Source of the DNA: Scyliorhinus canicula
Taxonomy: Eukaryota
Reading direction: 5' to 3'
Length of the DNA: 62,683 nucleotides
Assembly (NCBI RefSeq): GCF_902713615.1
Contig: NC_052146.1
Coordinates: forward strand, 69,460,555-69,523,237
How positions within the stretch are numbered: position 1 is the stretch's first letter; every line of letters starts with the position of its first letter. The notes below the pieces were generated by a model that made no database searches, was not told where the DNA came from, and worked only from the letters and a program-made list of their open reading frames with translations. The position numbers were made by a program, and so were the translations under genes. Positions 1 to 12,879 of this stretch are shown in pieces.

Positions 1-51
1 GGGGCTGGGAGCAGACACATTTAGACAAATCCGTGACAGAACAGTGAGACA

Positions 52-303
52 CATAGAACATAGAACAGTACAGCACAGAACAGGCCCTTCAGCCCTCGAT
101 GTTGTGCCGAGCAATGATCACCCTACTTAAACCCACGTAACCCGTATCCCAACAATCCCCCCATTAACATTACACTACGGGCAATTTTAGCATGGCCAAT
201 CCACCTAACCTGCACATCTTTGGACTGTGGGAGGAAACCGGAGCACCCGGAGGAAACCCACGCACACACGGGGAGGACGTGCAGACTCCACACAGACAGT
301 GAC
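52..303 (-). mobile_element. HE1/V-SINE-like tRNA-derived SINE, 5'-truncated
   Basis: Reverse complement of the SINE body seen complete at 41265-41582 and 61198-61525, with (TTCTATG)n tail. Confidence 0.85.
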
Positions 304-1780
304 GAAATATATCCCAGGCTGTCGAGTGAGGCAAGGGAGGAAATAGCAGGGGCTCTAGCAAAAATATTCAATTCCTTTCCAGCCACAGGAGTGGTGCTGG
401 GGTGCTGGAGGATAGCCAATGTCATAACTTTATTTCAGAAGGGAAGAAGGGATAAACCAGGAAACCAAATGTCAGTCAGTCTAAACTCAGTGGTGGGGAA
501 ACTATTTGAAGGAATTCTGATAGACATAATTAATCTGCATTTGGAGATACAGGGATTAATCAAGAACAGTCAGCATAGTTGTGTTAAGGGGAAGTTGTGT
601 CTGACCAGATTGATTGAATTTTTCGAAGAGTGACCAGCTGTGTAGATGAGGGCAATGCATTTGCCGTAGTCTACTTGGTCTTCCGTAAGGCTTTTGACAA
701 GCCGCTTGAGGGGACTGATAGTGAATGGATTCAAGGGAATTTGGTAAATTGGTTCCAGAATTGGCTGAATGTTGTGAAGCAGAGGGAGTTGGTCGAGGGG
801 TGTTTTTCTTACTGGAAGCCTGTGTCCAGTGGGGTCTCGCAGGGATCACATTTGGGGCCCTTGATGTTTGTGGTTTATATAAATAACTTAGAATTGAATG
901 TAGGAGGATTGAATAGTAAGTTCACGGATGATCCAAACATTGTTGAGGTGGTAAATAGTGAGGAGGATAGCCTAAGAGTACAGGAGAATATAGATGGGCT
1001 CGTCAGATGAGCTGACCAGTGGCAAATGGAATTTAATCTGGATAAGTATGAGTGATGCACTTGGGCAGGGAAAACAAAGCAAGGGAATACATGATCTTGG
1101 TGTGCAAGTGCACAGGTCCCTAGGCACAGCAGTGCAGGGAGATAAGATTGTAAAGAAGGCACATGGAATACCCTCCTTCATTGGCAGAAGTATAGAATAT
1201 AAAAGGAGAGGTATAATGATGGAACTGTGAAAGACTCTGGTGAGGACACAACTGCAGTATTGTGTGCAGTTCTGGGCACCACATTGCGGGAAGGATTTAA
1301 TTGCTCTGGAAAGAGTGCAGAGAAGATTTACTAAAATGTTGCCTGGGCTGGAGAATTGTAGCTATGAAGAGAGATTGGAGAGGTTGGGAGTTTCTTTGCA
1401 TTGGAACAGAGAAAGCTGAGGGGTGACATGATTGAGGTATTCACAATTGTGAGGGATAGAGATAGAATAGACAGGAGGAACCTGTTGCCCCTGGCAGAGG
1501 TTTCAAAAACCAGGGATCATAGATTCAAGCAAAGTGGCAGAAAGAGGGTCACGAGGAAGAACATTTTTATGCAGAAGTTATGGGTGTCTGGACTTCACTG
1601 CCTGAGTTGGTGGTAGTAGCAGAGACCCTAAACTCTTTGAAAAAGTACTTGGATCTGCACCTTAAATGCGGCAAGCGGCAGGGCCATGGACCTTGTGCAG
1701 GAAAGGGCATCTGGGTATCTTTGGAGCTGCATGGACAAGTTGGGCTGAATGGTCCCCTTCTGTGCTGTATCACTTCTATC
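304..1780 (+). mobile_element. CR1 LINE, decayed RT half and 3' end
   Basis: ORF fragments 220-633, 630-1010, 994-1230, 1401-1616 give CR1 RT motifs (ANVITLFQKG, YLVFRKAFDK, SGVSQGSHLGP, KFTDD) broken by stops and frameshifts. Confidence 0.9.
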
Positions 1781-2460
1781 GGTCACTCCTTTTACTCTAT
1801 GATGAACGGCAGGACCCAGGGAAGCACCAAGAGTCAAAAGAACCTTGGTGTGCATGTACACTGGTCCCTTAAGTTCGCAGAGCAGGTGGATAAGGTTGTT
1901 ACGAAGGCATATGGTATATGTGCCTTTATTAGCTGAGCCATAGAGTTTAAGAGCAGTGATGTCATGTATAAAATGTTGGTTAGGCTACAGCTAGTGTGCA
2001 GTTCTGGAATCCACATTATAGGAGGGATGTGATAACACTGGAAAGTGTACAGAGGAGATTTACCAGGATATTGACTGGGCTGGAGAATTTTAGTTATGAA
2101 GAGAGACTGGATAGACTGGGGTCGTTTTCCTTGTAGCAAAGGAGATTGAATGCGTGGGGGGGGGGGGGGGGGGGGGGCACGGGTATGATTGAAATGCATG
2201 AACCTATGTGGGACATAGATATAGTAGAAAGGAAGAAATCTTCCCTCCAGGTGGAGGGATCAATGACCAGGGGGCATAGATTTAAGGTGAGGGGCAGGAG
2301 ATTTTGAGGGGATATGAGGGAATATTGTTTCACCCAGAGGGTTTTGGGACTCTGGACCTCAGAAGGTGGTGGAGGCAGAGACTCTCACTACATTTAAGAA
2401 GTATTTAGATGAGCACTTGTGATGCCAAGCCATACAAGACTGTGGGCCAAGTACCTGCAA
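1781..2460 (+). mobile_element. CR1 LINE 3' fragment
   Basis: KNLGVHVHWSLKFAEQVDKVVTKAYGICAFIS and downstream CR1 C-terminal sequence; internal poly-G run at about 2155-2177. Confidence 0.85.
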
Positions 2461-2904
2461 CTTACATTGTAGTTCCAGCCTCTCCTCTCCCCAGTTTTCA
2501 TGTTTTCTCACAAAATTGAATAAAGCTGAGGGAGGCCACTGTATCAGTCTAGCCAATTCTTTCATACAAATTTTACCACCATCACCTCAAAATGACTTTT
2601 GATTAATTCCATAGATCTGAACTTCATTAGCCAGTAGTTCATTACTGATAATGGTTTTCTTTGCCTAACCAAAAGCTCCAGGTAGCCATACAAGCCTCTC
2701 ACTTACCCCTTGCTTTTCAATGATGGTTTAACTTGAATTAGTACTGTATTTGAATTTTTCATGCAAGTTTCTTACATAAATATAAATAATGTCCTCATTT
2801 TAGCTTTGCTGAGTCTGAATTGTTCTAGCATTTCTCAATAGCTCTTTTCAGAAACCAGGAATCAGGCTTTTGAGCATTCTCTACATTGACCTTGAAGGCA
2901 ATTT

Positions 2905-3003
2905 TAAATAAAAACTGTGCTGAAAAAACTCAGCGGGTCTGGCAGCATCTATGGAGAAAGAAGCAGAGTTAATGTTTGGAGTCCCGTATGATACTTCTTT
3001 GGG
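2905..3003. mobile_element. Short Penelope-type shark repeat, single arm
   Basis: CTCAGCGGGTCTGGCAGCATCTATGGAGAAAGAAGCAGAGTTAATGTTT matches the arms of the palindrome at 31130-31280. Confidence 0.5.
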
Positions 3004-3599
3004 ATTGAAGACAATTTTAAGCTGTCTTGTTTCTTTCATTCATAAACACTCTTGAGTTTTACATTGCTCTGCTCCAATTGGTTTTTATGTGGTTCCAGAA
3101 TTATCATCACAACTGTTATGTCTGCAAATCTATCATGCATTGACTATTTTTTATGCGAAGGAACCATCTTGTTGCTAATTCTGAATTTCCAATGCATTGC
3201 TTTCAAACTGATTCCCCATTGCCTATTCACAACTTTGCTAAAGATAATTTTTTGCATTCATGCAGAGATTTACAGCGACATTCACTCTTTGTTCGAGCAA
3301 TTGACCAGCAGATCAAATTGTTATTTTATTCCACATTCAGGGTATTTCCCTCAATAAGCACATGTTCAATTTTCTCAAAGAGAGCAATAATCTTCCTTTG
3401 AACTATGGTCAGTGATGAAGCAATACATATTCCAGTAACCATTTTCACAAATGGCTTTATCCTAACCTCTGTCTTTAGATTTTTAGCAACAATTTTAACT
3501 GGATGTCTCTTGTCACTAATTTCTAAATAGAGAAATATTGTTTATCCATGTATAGTCACTTGGTCGTGCAGAACTTGAGTATTGCTGAAACAAGGCACT

Positions 3600-3635
3600 T
3601 TGTCGAAGCTTTTCATCTGGCACTCATCGGGACAA
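3600..3635 (-). ncRNA. Degenerate minimal type I hammerhead ribozyme motif (Penelope-like element relic)
   Basis: Minus strand reads TTGTC-CCGATGA-GTGCCAGAT-GAAA-AGCT-TC-GACAA: stem I TTGTC/GACAA, palindromic stem III, UUC cleavage triplet, two core substitutions. Confidence 0.55.
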
Positions 3636-4179
3636 GCATACAAATACTACTTTCAGTGGAAACAACAATTGCATACTGCAAGAAAAGGGAGTGCTAATTT
3701 GTTGGCAAGCCGACTCTGACTGGCAGAGACATTGCCAAGGAGCATGCACAGGTTAATTGAGATTGACCTGATGAATGCAAGAGGAAATGTTTTGACAACA
3801 TATATTTTTTCAGCAATACGAATGCCCATCAAAATCCTTCTGAGTTAACTATATAAGAGAACTTTACTTTGTTAATTAATCAATTGAGGCTCATATTTCC
3901 CATCCGATTAAAATTACATGTCTTTAAACATAGAACTAAAATCAAATTTACAGATGATATCCAGCCAGTCCAGAATAATTTATGAAGCATTTTTCAAAAG
4001 AATGGAGTTGAGTGGAACCATGGCAGATGCTTATTAAGTATAACAGTGCGAGATCAAATATATTGGATCGGAAAATAGCTGATCAAAATATAGTCTCAAT
4101 AGAAATATACAGATTCACAAACAACGGATTCAGGGTCCAAATAAATATGTGATTAAAAGCCACCATGTCATTAAATTAC

Positions 4180-4615
4180 CAGACAAAAGTTAACATAGTG
4201 CTGATTGTCTTCTACAATAGATAAAGAATGTGAAGGTAAGAATATATTACTGCTGTTATTAACGTGTTGATCACAGGAGCATTGCTTTCAGTTTGGTTGA
4301 TTCATGCTAAGAAGATTGCAATGGTCTCGGAGAAGGTTCCGTGAACAGTTATCAACATGAAGAGGGCTTAGCTATGGCAAGAATTGAGATAATTATGGAC
4401 ATCAGTGGGTGGACATGAGGAAACAAATTATTTACCTGATTTGGGTGATTCTAATAATGAATTACATGGTAGAATCCAGAACAAAGCGACGTAATTCTTA
4501 AAATTTTAGTTGAATTGATTATAATGAAACAGTGCAAAATTCACAGTACAAAGGATTTGATGATTCGGAATGTGCATGTCCTCGAGGTCATAGATACAGA
4601 ATGAATGAAAAAATG
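4180..4615 (+). mobile_element. Highly decayed CR1 3' fragment
   Basis: Residual nucleotide similarity to CR1 C-terminal segments elsewhere in the window. Confidence 0.45.
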
Positions 4616-4834
4616 TTTTAAGGGCAAGAGGTTCTGCTCATTTCGTAAAGTGAAGATGGAATTACCCAAGATAACGAAAGACAATCTGTGGAAAGCAGAA
4701 GCTTTTTTGGAGGCCCGTTGGTTAGAATGCTCAACTCATCAGCACAAGGAACGGTAACAATAAAGAAAATGTTGAATTGCATAGGGACTGTTACGTAAGG
4801 TATTGTATACCACGGCACAGTCATGGCCCACTCG

Positions 4835-5100
4835 CCCAATTGCTCTGCAAAGAAATAGATGGAATCTGGCGTTTCACAATCAATTTTTCAAAACTAAATT
4901 TGGCTAAATCAGCCCGTCTTCCAGATCAGGTCCTATCAGTCTGTGAACCATCTGACTGTCCAATGCTCATTGTGTGTACGCTCCCACACACTTACTAAGG
5001 ACTTCTTTCACAGGTTTTGTTCTCACCCTACTCCGGATAATTGTTCAGCCATTTTCCCAGTATTTTACCGAAGGAACATTGCACTGTTTTTGGACGAGGT
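4835..5100 (+). mobile_element. Possible decayed LTR-element RT fragment
   Basis: LLCKEIDGIWRFTINFSKLN loosely resembles the Gypsy/retroviral RT motif vlvkKxDGxWRxxvDyRxLN; weak. Confidence 0.25.
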
Positions 5101-5249
5101 GTTAAACCAAAGTCATATCTGCCTCTGATCCCCAAAAAGCCCAGGAAACAATGTGTGATAGAGCCTATTTTATAACTCAGGTCAAGTGGCATACTGGTTG
5201 TATTTGATTTGACAATTTAATGCTTCATCTGGGAGTGGGTGATAATCAC

Positions 5250-6035
5250 AATGAAGATCGTGCTTAAAGGGAATCACAACGTTATCTATAGGCATATCAA
5301 TAGTGAAAGGGTGGTAAAGAGGAGTAGAGATCAACACGGGATTAAGGAATGGAGGCAGAGCACCCAACTGAGGTATTAAATTATTTCTTACATCTGGTTG
5401 TACCAAGGATAAAGATGCTGCCCAGGTCATGGCGAAAGAGGAGGTGATTTTGATATGTGGAGGGTTAAAAACTGAGAAGGAGGAGGTATTGGACTGGCTA
5501 TCTGTACTGAAAGTTAAAAAGACACCAGAACCAGATGAGATACTTGCAAGGATACTCAGAGAAGCGAGAGTGCAAATTGTGGAGGCACTGGCCATAAATT
5601 TTCAGAATTCCTTAGATCCAGGAGTGGTCAGAGGACTGGAGAATTACAAAGGTTACACCCTTGTTCATAAAAGGATCTAAAGATAAGGTCAACACTCAAG
5701 ACCAGGCAGTTTAACTTTGTTGGTGGGAACCGTCAAAAGACAGCATTTTGTAATACATTTAATTGTTACTTGGGCAAATGTGAGTCAATGAAGAGCAGTT
5801 GGCATAGATTTCTGAAGCAAAATCGTTTTAAACTAATTTGCTGGAGTTTTTTTGAAGAGACAACAAAAGAGCGTTCAGGAGGGTGATGCTCCTGATGTAA
5901 TGCCCATGGACACCAAAAAGGCACATGATAAAGTGCTGCTCAAATGACTTACAGGCAAAGTTATAGCTCACTGAATAAAAGGGAGGGTAGCAACATGGAT
6001 ATGGAATTGACTGAGTGACAAAAAACAGAGAGTAG
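5250..6035 (+). mobile_element. CR1 LINE fragment (pre-RT linker and RT N-terminus)
   Basis: ORF 5429-5680: KVKKTPEPDEILARILREARVQIVEALAINFQNSLDPGVV. Confidence 0.85.
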
Positions 6036-7075
6036 ACCATAAGATGTAAGAGGAGAAATAGGCAATTCGGCCCATCGAGTCTGCTCCACCATTTAATGAG
6101 ATCATGACCAATTTGACATGCTAACTCCCAACTTCACTTTCTTGCCTTATGTCCACAACCCCTAATTCCCCTGATGATTTTTTTTATAAAGCCCTGAACA
6201 TGCTGAATGACCCAGTCTCTGCAGTTCTCTGTAGCAAAGAATTCCGCAGACTCACTACGTTCTGAGAGAAGAAAGTTGTCCTCATCTCTGTCTTAAATGG
6301 GTGATCCCTTACTCTGAGGTTATGCCATCTTGTCCTGGACTCTCCCACACCGAGAAACAACCTCTCAGCATCTACCCTGTCAAGCCCCTGGAGAATCCTA
6401 TTTTTAAAAAAAAGATCACAACTCATTCTTCCAAACTCTAATGAGTACATTCCCAACCTTCTCAACCTCGCCTCATCAGGAAATCCCTCCATACCCGGGA
6501 TCAACTGGCTGGACCTTTTGCTGACTGCCTCCAATGCCAGTATATCTCTCCTTAGATAAGCGGATGATAACTGTTCACAGTATTCCAGGTGGTCCAAATA
6601 GTGCCTTGTATAGTTTTCTAAAGACTCCCCAATTTCTATACTCTTTTCCCTTTGGAATAATGACTAATATTCCATTTGCCTTCACTATTAACTTCTGAAT
6701 TTGCATGCTAGATTTTGTGACGTATGCACTGAAGTAATATTCAGCTCCACTATTCTTCCAAACAAAGTGCATAACTTCACATTTTCCTACACTATCCTGC
6801 ATTTGCCAAGTTTCTGCCCACTCATTCACCTGTCCACATCCCTCCGTCGACTCTTTGTGTCATCCTCTCTACTTGCCTTTCCACTTATTTTTGTGTCATC
6901 CACAAATGTGGCATTAGTGCATTCACTTTCCTCATCCAAGCTATTGATATAGATTGTAAATAATTGTGGTCCCAGCACTGATCCCTGTGGCACTACACTA
7001 CTCACTGCTGCCATCCTGAAAATTCTTCTCTTACCCCAACTCTCTGTCTTTTATTAGTTAGCCAATCCTATATTG
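6036..7075 (-). mobile_element. CR1 LINE 3' portion
   Basis: ORFs 6826-7014 (SVVPQGSVLGPQLFTIYIN, FVDD), 6575-6829, 6184-6597 and CR1 3' UTR at the left end. Confidence 0.9.
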
Positions 7076-7579
7076 GTGTTAATATACCGTTACGCCACCC
7101 TGGACTAATCCATGCTCAATTCCAACCCCACAGTCAGTGAAGTCCCAACATAAGTGAATGAACCAATAATTCATATATTTTCCTGAGTTCTTTGACTGCT
7201 CCTGTGACTTACAGGATTTGCAAGTAAAACATTAAAAAACTGTTTTCTATAATAAGATAAGAGATAAACATGCAATGGAAATAATAGAACAATGGTCTAC
7301 TATTCTAACTATTCCACAAACCCGTCCCACCCTCCACCCAGACACACACAAGAAAGACACATGGTGAGTGGAAGGAAAGGTTCAAGAGTAACAGGGATTA
7401 AAAGGGCTGAGATGAAATCTTGCTACTGAGGTGGCAGTCATTTAGTCGGCATTCTTGAAATCAATGGTTGGTTTGGATCTTCTAATATTTGTCTCCAACT
7501 AGAACTTTCAGGCTCTAAGGCTTCCTCTGGGAAGTTACCTTCGCTTCCACTGACATGGGCTTTCATAGAGAAGATTGCC

Positions 7580-8250
7580 CTCTGGTCCGTGCAATTCTAA
7601 CTTTAATGCAGAGAAATGTGAGGTGTTTGATTCTAGTAAGAGCAACATGGAGAGACAGCATAAAATAAAGAATACAACTCTAAAGGGCAAGCAGAAGCAG
7701 TGGTTTCTGGGTCCATATGTGCATACGTCATTAAAGGTGGCATAACACAAATGGTTAATAAAGCATACAATATGCTTGGGTTTAATAATAGGATACAGAG
7801 TACAAGAGCAAGGTGGTTACTTTCAAGTTATATAAAATTCTGGTTCAGTATCAAGTGGTGTACTACATCCAGTTCTGGACACCACATTTTGGGAAAGAAA
7901 TGCAGGCATTAGAGGGAGTACTGAAAGAGCCATGAGAATGGTTCCACGTATAAGGAACTTTAGGTACGTAGTTAGGTTGGGGAAATTGGGACTGCTTATT
8001 TTGAGAAGAGAAGGTTGCAAGAAGTTTTGAATGAAGTATAAGGTATATAGTGGGAAGATTTTTTGAAAAAGATCAGCGAGACAGAATAAATCTTCATTTG
8101 TGGAGGCTAAAAAGGCAAAGCAATACATAATAAATGTTAGGATACTGAGAAATGTAGAGTAACTGAGGGACCTTGGGGTGCTTGCCCAGGTCCCTGAATG
8201 TAGCTGTACAGTTACATAGGGTGTTAAAGAAGGCATATCGAGTGCTTGGA
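7580..8250 (+). mobile_element. CR1 LINE 3' fragments, decayed
   Basis: ITQMVNKAYNMLGF and GVLAQVP-type CR1 segments. Confidence 0.7.
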
Positions 8251-8294
8251 ATAAAAACAGCAAATTCTGATAATACTCAGCAGGTTACAGAATG

Positions 8295-10320
8295 GCAAAA
8301 TCGTAGAATCTTAACAGTGCACAAGGAGGTAATTTGCCCATAGTGTCTCACTAGCTCTTAAAAGCATTCTATCTGCCTTATCTCTATAGCCTTGTACATT
8401 CTTTATGTCCAGATAGCAATCCAGTTAGTTTTTAAATACCTCAATCAAAGCTTTCACTACCACCCTCTCAGGAAGTTCATTCCAGACTCCAAGCACTCTG
8501 TGGGATAGCTTGCTTTTTCTTGACATCACTTCTAAACCTTTTGCCCATTATTTTGAATCTATGTCTTGTAGTTCCTGATGTTCTTTTGAGTGAGAACAGT
8601 TTCTCACTATTTACCATGCCCATACCCTTCAGGATCTTGAGGTTCCTCTCAGCCTCTTTTCTCAAAGGAAAACAGCCACATTCTCTCCAGTCTATCCTCA
8701 GAGCTACAGTTCTTTATCCCTGAAATCATTCTGCTGAATCTCCAATGTACTCTCTCCAATGCCTTCACATGCCTCTTGTCTCGCCTTCACAAGTATAACA
8801 TCCAGAACTGGATGCTGTACTCCAGATATTGCCTAAATAGTGTCCTAAACAAGTTCAACATTACTTCCTTACTCTTTTACTTAATTCCTCCATTAATAAA
8901 TCATAGGATACAAAATGCTTTAATAACTACTCTCCGAACATGCCATGCCACCTTCAATGACTTATGCACAAATATACCAATGTCACTTTGTTCCTGAACT
9001 TTCTTTAGAGTTTCTCCCTTTATTTTATACTATCATTCCATATTCTTTCTGCCAAAATGAATCACCTCACACTTCTCTGCATTGAACCTCACCTGCCATT
9101 TGACTGCTCAATTCACCAATATGTATATGTCCTTTCAAGCTGAAGACTATCCTCAACACAGTTCACAATGCTTTCAATCTTCGTATCATCAACAAATTTT
9201 GAAACCATGCCCTACACTACAGAGTCTATGCCATTCATATATACCAAGAAGAGCAAGGATCCCAATACTGACCGGTGGGGAACTTCAATACAAATGTTCC
9301 TCCAATCCAAGAAAACTGTTCCTGTCACTCAGCCAATTTCTTGCCCAAATTTCTAGTTTCACGTTTATTCCATGAGCTGCAATTTTGCTCACAGGTCTGT
9401 TGTGTGGCAATGTATCAAATGTTTTTGAAAATCCACATACGTCATAATAACAGCATTGCCTTTATCAACGTTCCCTGGTACCTCCTCACTGAAACTGCAG
9501 CAAGTTAGTTAAACATGATTTCCCCTTAATGAACCCATGTTGACATTCCTTAAGAACTTGTCTATGCGACTATTGATTTTGTCCCGAATTAGTTTCCAGA
9601 TGTCTCTCTACCAATGAAGTCAAACTGGCTGGTCTGTCGTTGCATTTTTGAACAAGGGTTAGCATTCACAATTCTCCAGTCCTCGGCATCACCCTTCTGT
9701 CTAAGGAAGTTTGCAAGATTATCAACAGTGCTTCAGCAATTTCTATTCTCACCTCTCTCTCTGTATCATTGGATGCAACTCACACAGTGCTGGTATCAAT
9801 TTTAGTAAAGGTTCCTTTCTTGCACTTTCTCAATTGTAAGTTCGTTGAATGAACCAATTACCTCTTCTCTCACCTCAGTCTGGGTAGCATCATCTTCCTT
9901 TTCGGAAGACAAATGCAAAGTAATCATTGAATATCTCCACTGTTTTCCCTGTCTCCATGTACAAGACTCATTAAAAAAATCTCTAATCATTTTCCTTTTC
10001 CACCCTTCTATTATTTACATGCTTGTATAAGGCCTTGACATTCAATGCTATGTAAGCTTCCAGTCTCATTTTATGCTCCCACCTTACTTTTATTATTAGT
10101 TTCTTCACCTCCCCTCTGGTTCTTCTATATTCAGCCTGATGCTCCACTGTATTTTCTACCAGCCATTTGTCATATGTGCAGTTCTTCATTTTCATCTCAC
10201 CTCTTTCTATCTTGTCATCCAGGGGGCTCTAGATTTATTTCCCCTTCAAGGGAATACACCTTGGCTTGTCTTCAGTGCTATTTCTTTGAAGGTGGCCTGT
10301 TATTCTGCCAGATTCTTCAT
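8295..10320 (-). mobile_element. CR1 LINE, about 2 kb decayed RT-to-3' segment
   Basis: ORFs 8477-8665, 9802-9990, 9983-10195 are CR1-like; CR1 3' tail at about 8295. Confidence 0.85.
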
Positions 10321-10324
10321 GTAC

Positions 10325-11004
10325 ACCCGAAGGCTCAGCACGCTGCCCTCAGAGTGGCTGTGGGGGAAATTAAATGGTCACCCACCTCCTTGTGGAATGT
10401 GCCTTTGCAAAGAAGGTCTGGAGAGAAATGCAGTGATATTTGTCAAGGTTCATCCCGAGCAGCTCTGTGACACAGGACTCTGCTCTACCGACTGTTTCCG
10501 GGGACACACAGCGAAACAAACATCAACTGCTCCTGGAAGGTCATCAATACAGTGAAAGACGCTCTTTGGTCTGCCTGTAACCTGCTGATCTTCCAGTGCA
10601 AAGAATTGTCCTCGACCAAGTGTTGCAGACTGGCACATTCCAAGGTCCAGGACTACCTGCTGAGGGATGCACTCAAGCTTGGGGCAGCTGCCCCCAAGGC
10701 GCAATGGGGAAAGGCCACTGTGTAAGGTCTTACCAGCAAATGTACACCGAGGGGTGGGTAACAGTGTAAAACCCCTCGGTCTGGGTCATTAAAACTCCAA
10801 TGTAAAAGAAACATGACAATGTAAACATTTAAGAAAGAATTGTAATGTAAAGAGGGATATATGTGTGTAATGTCATCCCAATTGAATGGAAGAAAGTCAA
10901 GGGAATGTGTAACTTTGATGGGAATGTACAGTCAAGACAATTCAAAATGTTCTGTAATGTTTATTATAGATTTTATGAATAAAGTATATTTTTTGAAAAA
11001 AAAA
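10325..11004 (+). mobile_element. Tx1-clade (L1-like) LINE, 5'-truncated 3' end
   Basis: Zinc-knuckle C-terminus ending KAQWGKATV* (TAA 10723-10725), TGTAA-rich 3' UTR, AATAAA 10978-10983, poly(A) 10996-11004. Confidence 0.8.
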
Positions 11005-11009
11005 TTGCG

Positions 11010-11420
11010 AGGACTAGATCGCACAGGTTTTGCTTCATTTTAGTTCTCAAGCCAGCTGGCATAAACCCAATCTGGCAACTATACACTTCAGGACACGGCC
11101 AGCTCGGTCAGTCGAGGCACTTCCGAGTGACTTTTGGTCAATTAAATACCCCATCCAGATTGCGTTCTGAACCCTTGTTATCCTCAGCGCTTGATGCATG
11201 AAGATTGTTTCATCACCTGCAGGTCGTAAACAACGACGAGAATTCGCAGGGCCCGTTGTCACTGTCAAGGGCTCCCAGGGTCACTCCGTCTCGATATATC
11301 CCTGTGACATTGTGAGACCAAGTCTGGTGGGCCTGGCCTGCCGGCGGGACAAGGTGCACCCAATAATAGCGATGGAGGAGTCTGAGATTTTGTCTGTAAT
11401 GCCTTATTTTGTGAGATTGA
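11010..11420 (-). mobile_element. L2/CR1-group LINE, AP-endonuclease fragment
   Basis: ORF 11047-11268: TRVQNAIWMG...LGSASTDRAGRVLKCIVARLGLCQL, an APE-domain pattern. Confidence 0.7.
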
Positions 11421-11629
11421 ATATGCCAGTCAGTTGGATGTCTATTTGTGAGGCAGCCCTTTAACTTTGGCTCGAATTACTGAAGAGGATGTTTTAAGGT
11501 GGAGGGGCCTGTGTGAGTCTTTGTTGTGTGCCCAGTGTCTGTGTCGATGTTGCGTGTATTCGTATTAAACTGTTTTCTGATGGTTTGTTGTAAATGAAAG
11601 GATTACTGGCCCATTTCAGAAGGAAACTA

Positions 11630-11870
11630 ACAGACAGTTAGACTGTTTGGGGTCTGGGGTGACAGAAAGGCCAGACCAGCTAAGGATAGCACATTTCCAT
11701 TCCTTAGTGACATTAGTGAAGGATTTTAATGAAAGTCAAATGGCTTCACTTTCACCATTACTGAGGTAGATTTTCTTTAGCATTCAAGTTTATTGAATGG
11801 GATTCCGCAGGTGGGATTTGAAACCATGTATTTTAAATTAGTAATCCAGGCCTCTGGGCTACCGATCCAC
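11630..11870 (-). mobile_element. Deu-domain (SacSINE1-like) SINE relic
   Basis: tRNA-like head and central domain similar to 12240-12590. Confidence 0.5.
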
Positions 11871-11949
11871 GATCACGATCCGACCGCAATCGCCATGTCC
11901 CTGCATATTTCCCGCTGCCTCTCCAGGATGCTCCGGGCCCTACATCTGC

Positions 11950-12235
11950 CGTCATAATTCTTGAAATGGAGAGTGAAGGTATTGATGAAACATCTGGTGA
12001 AAATATGTAAGAGTAAATTGACCAAACGAAGCACTCCTTCATCCTTAGCCCGTGTCCATTCAATATGATGTTGTACCTTGATGATTCTAGCATTATTTGT
12101 TAAACGGAACATTCTATTATCCTGCACACACCTTGCATTGGATTCATACTACTGACTACTCCAATGTGTATGCAATTACCCGTTGCAAGAAATAGTTCTG
12201 CATCTACCACCAGCAATTTCCTCGAGGTCTTCCCA
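11950..12235 (-). mobile_element. Decayed L2/CR1-group LINE RT C-terminal relic
   Basis: HHIEWTRAKDEGVLRLVNLLLH resembles the SHINxxATRAGQRLGILRRVxHLL segment; part is shared with 42540-42640. Confidence 0.45.
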
Positions 12236-12239
12236 CTCC

Positions 12240-12590
12240 ACTATAATTCATTCATGGGATGCGGGCGTAGTTGGCAGGTCCACCCTTAATTTCCCTTGAA
12301 CTGAATAACTTGCCCATTTTCAGAGGGCTTTTAAGAGTCAACCACTATTATGTGGATCTGGAGTCACATGTAAGCCAGACAAGAACGTTGGTGGCAGATA
12401 TCCTTCCTTAAATAGCATCAATGCACCCGATGGCTTTTTAGGACCATCATCATAAAACCTTAAATTACAGATTTTTAAAATCGAATTCAAATGTTACCGT
12501 TTGCCGTGGTGGGATTCAAACCCCCCAGTGTATTATCTTGGGTCTCTGGATGACCAGTCCAGTGACAGTGCAACTAGCCACCGCCTTCGC
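12240..12590 (-). mobile_element. Deu-domain (SacSINE1-like) tRNA SINE
   Basis: Contains the reverse complement of GGCTTACATGTGACTCCAGATCCACATAATAGTGGTTGACTCTTAA...CTCTGAAA, a Deu-domain-like core, with a tRNA-like head at the right end. Confidence 0.7.
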
Positions 12591-12879
12591 ACAACTCAGG
12601 CGGACTCTTAGAAGAAACTCATCTAAACTACAGGGTGAAATTGATTTTAGATCTTGGCACTAAACAGGCAATAGCTGCAAAAGCTGCGGTGCAGTGGTGG
12701 AACCCCAGAGGATATTCCCATTCCACAATTCCAGTGATCGTGCCATTATGTCAAGGTGATGACAGTATCTCATCTGTCAATTTTTTTCTTTAGTAAACCA
12801 GAGCCGAGAAACCATAAGGGTTATCTGACTTATCTTTACCAACTAATGATAACACTCTTGATGGTAGACGCAAGATTTA

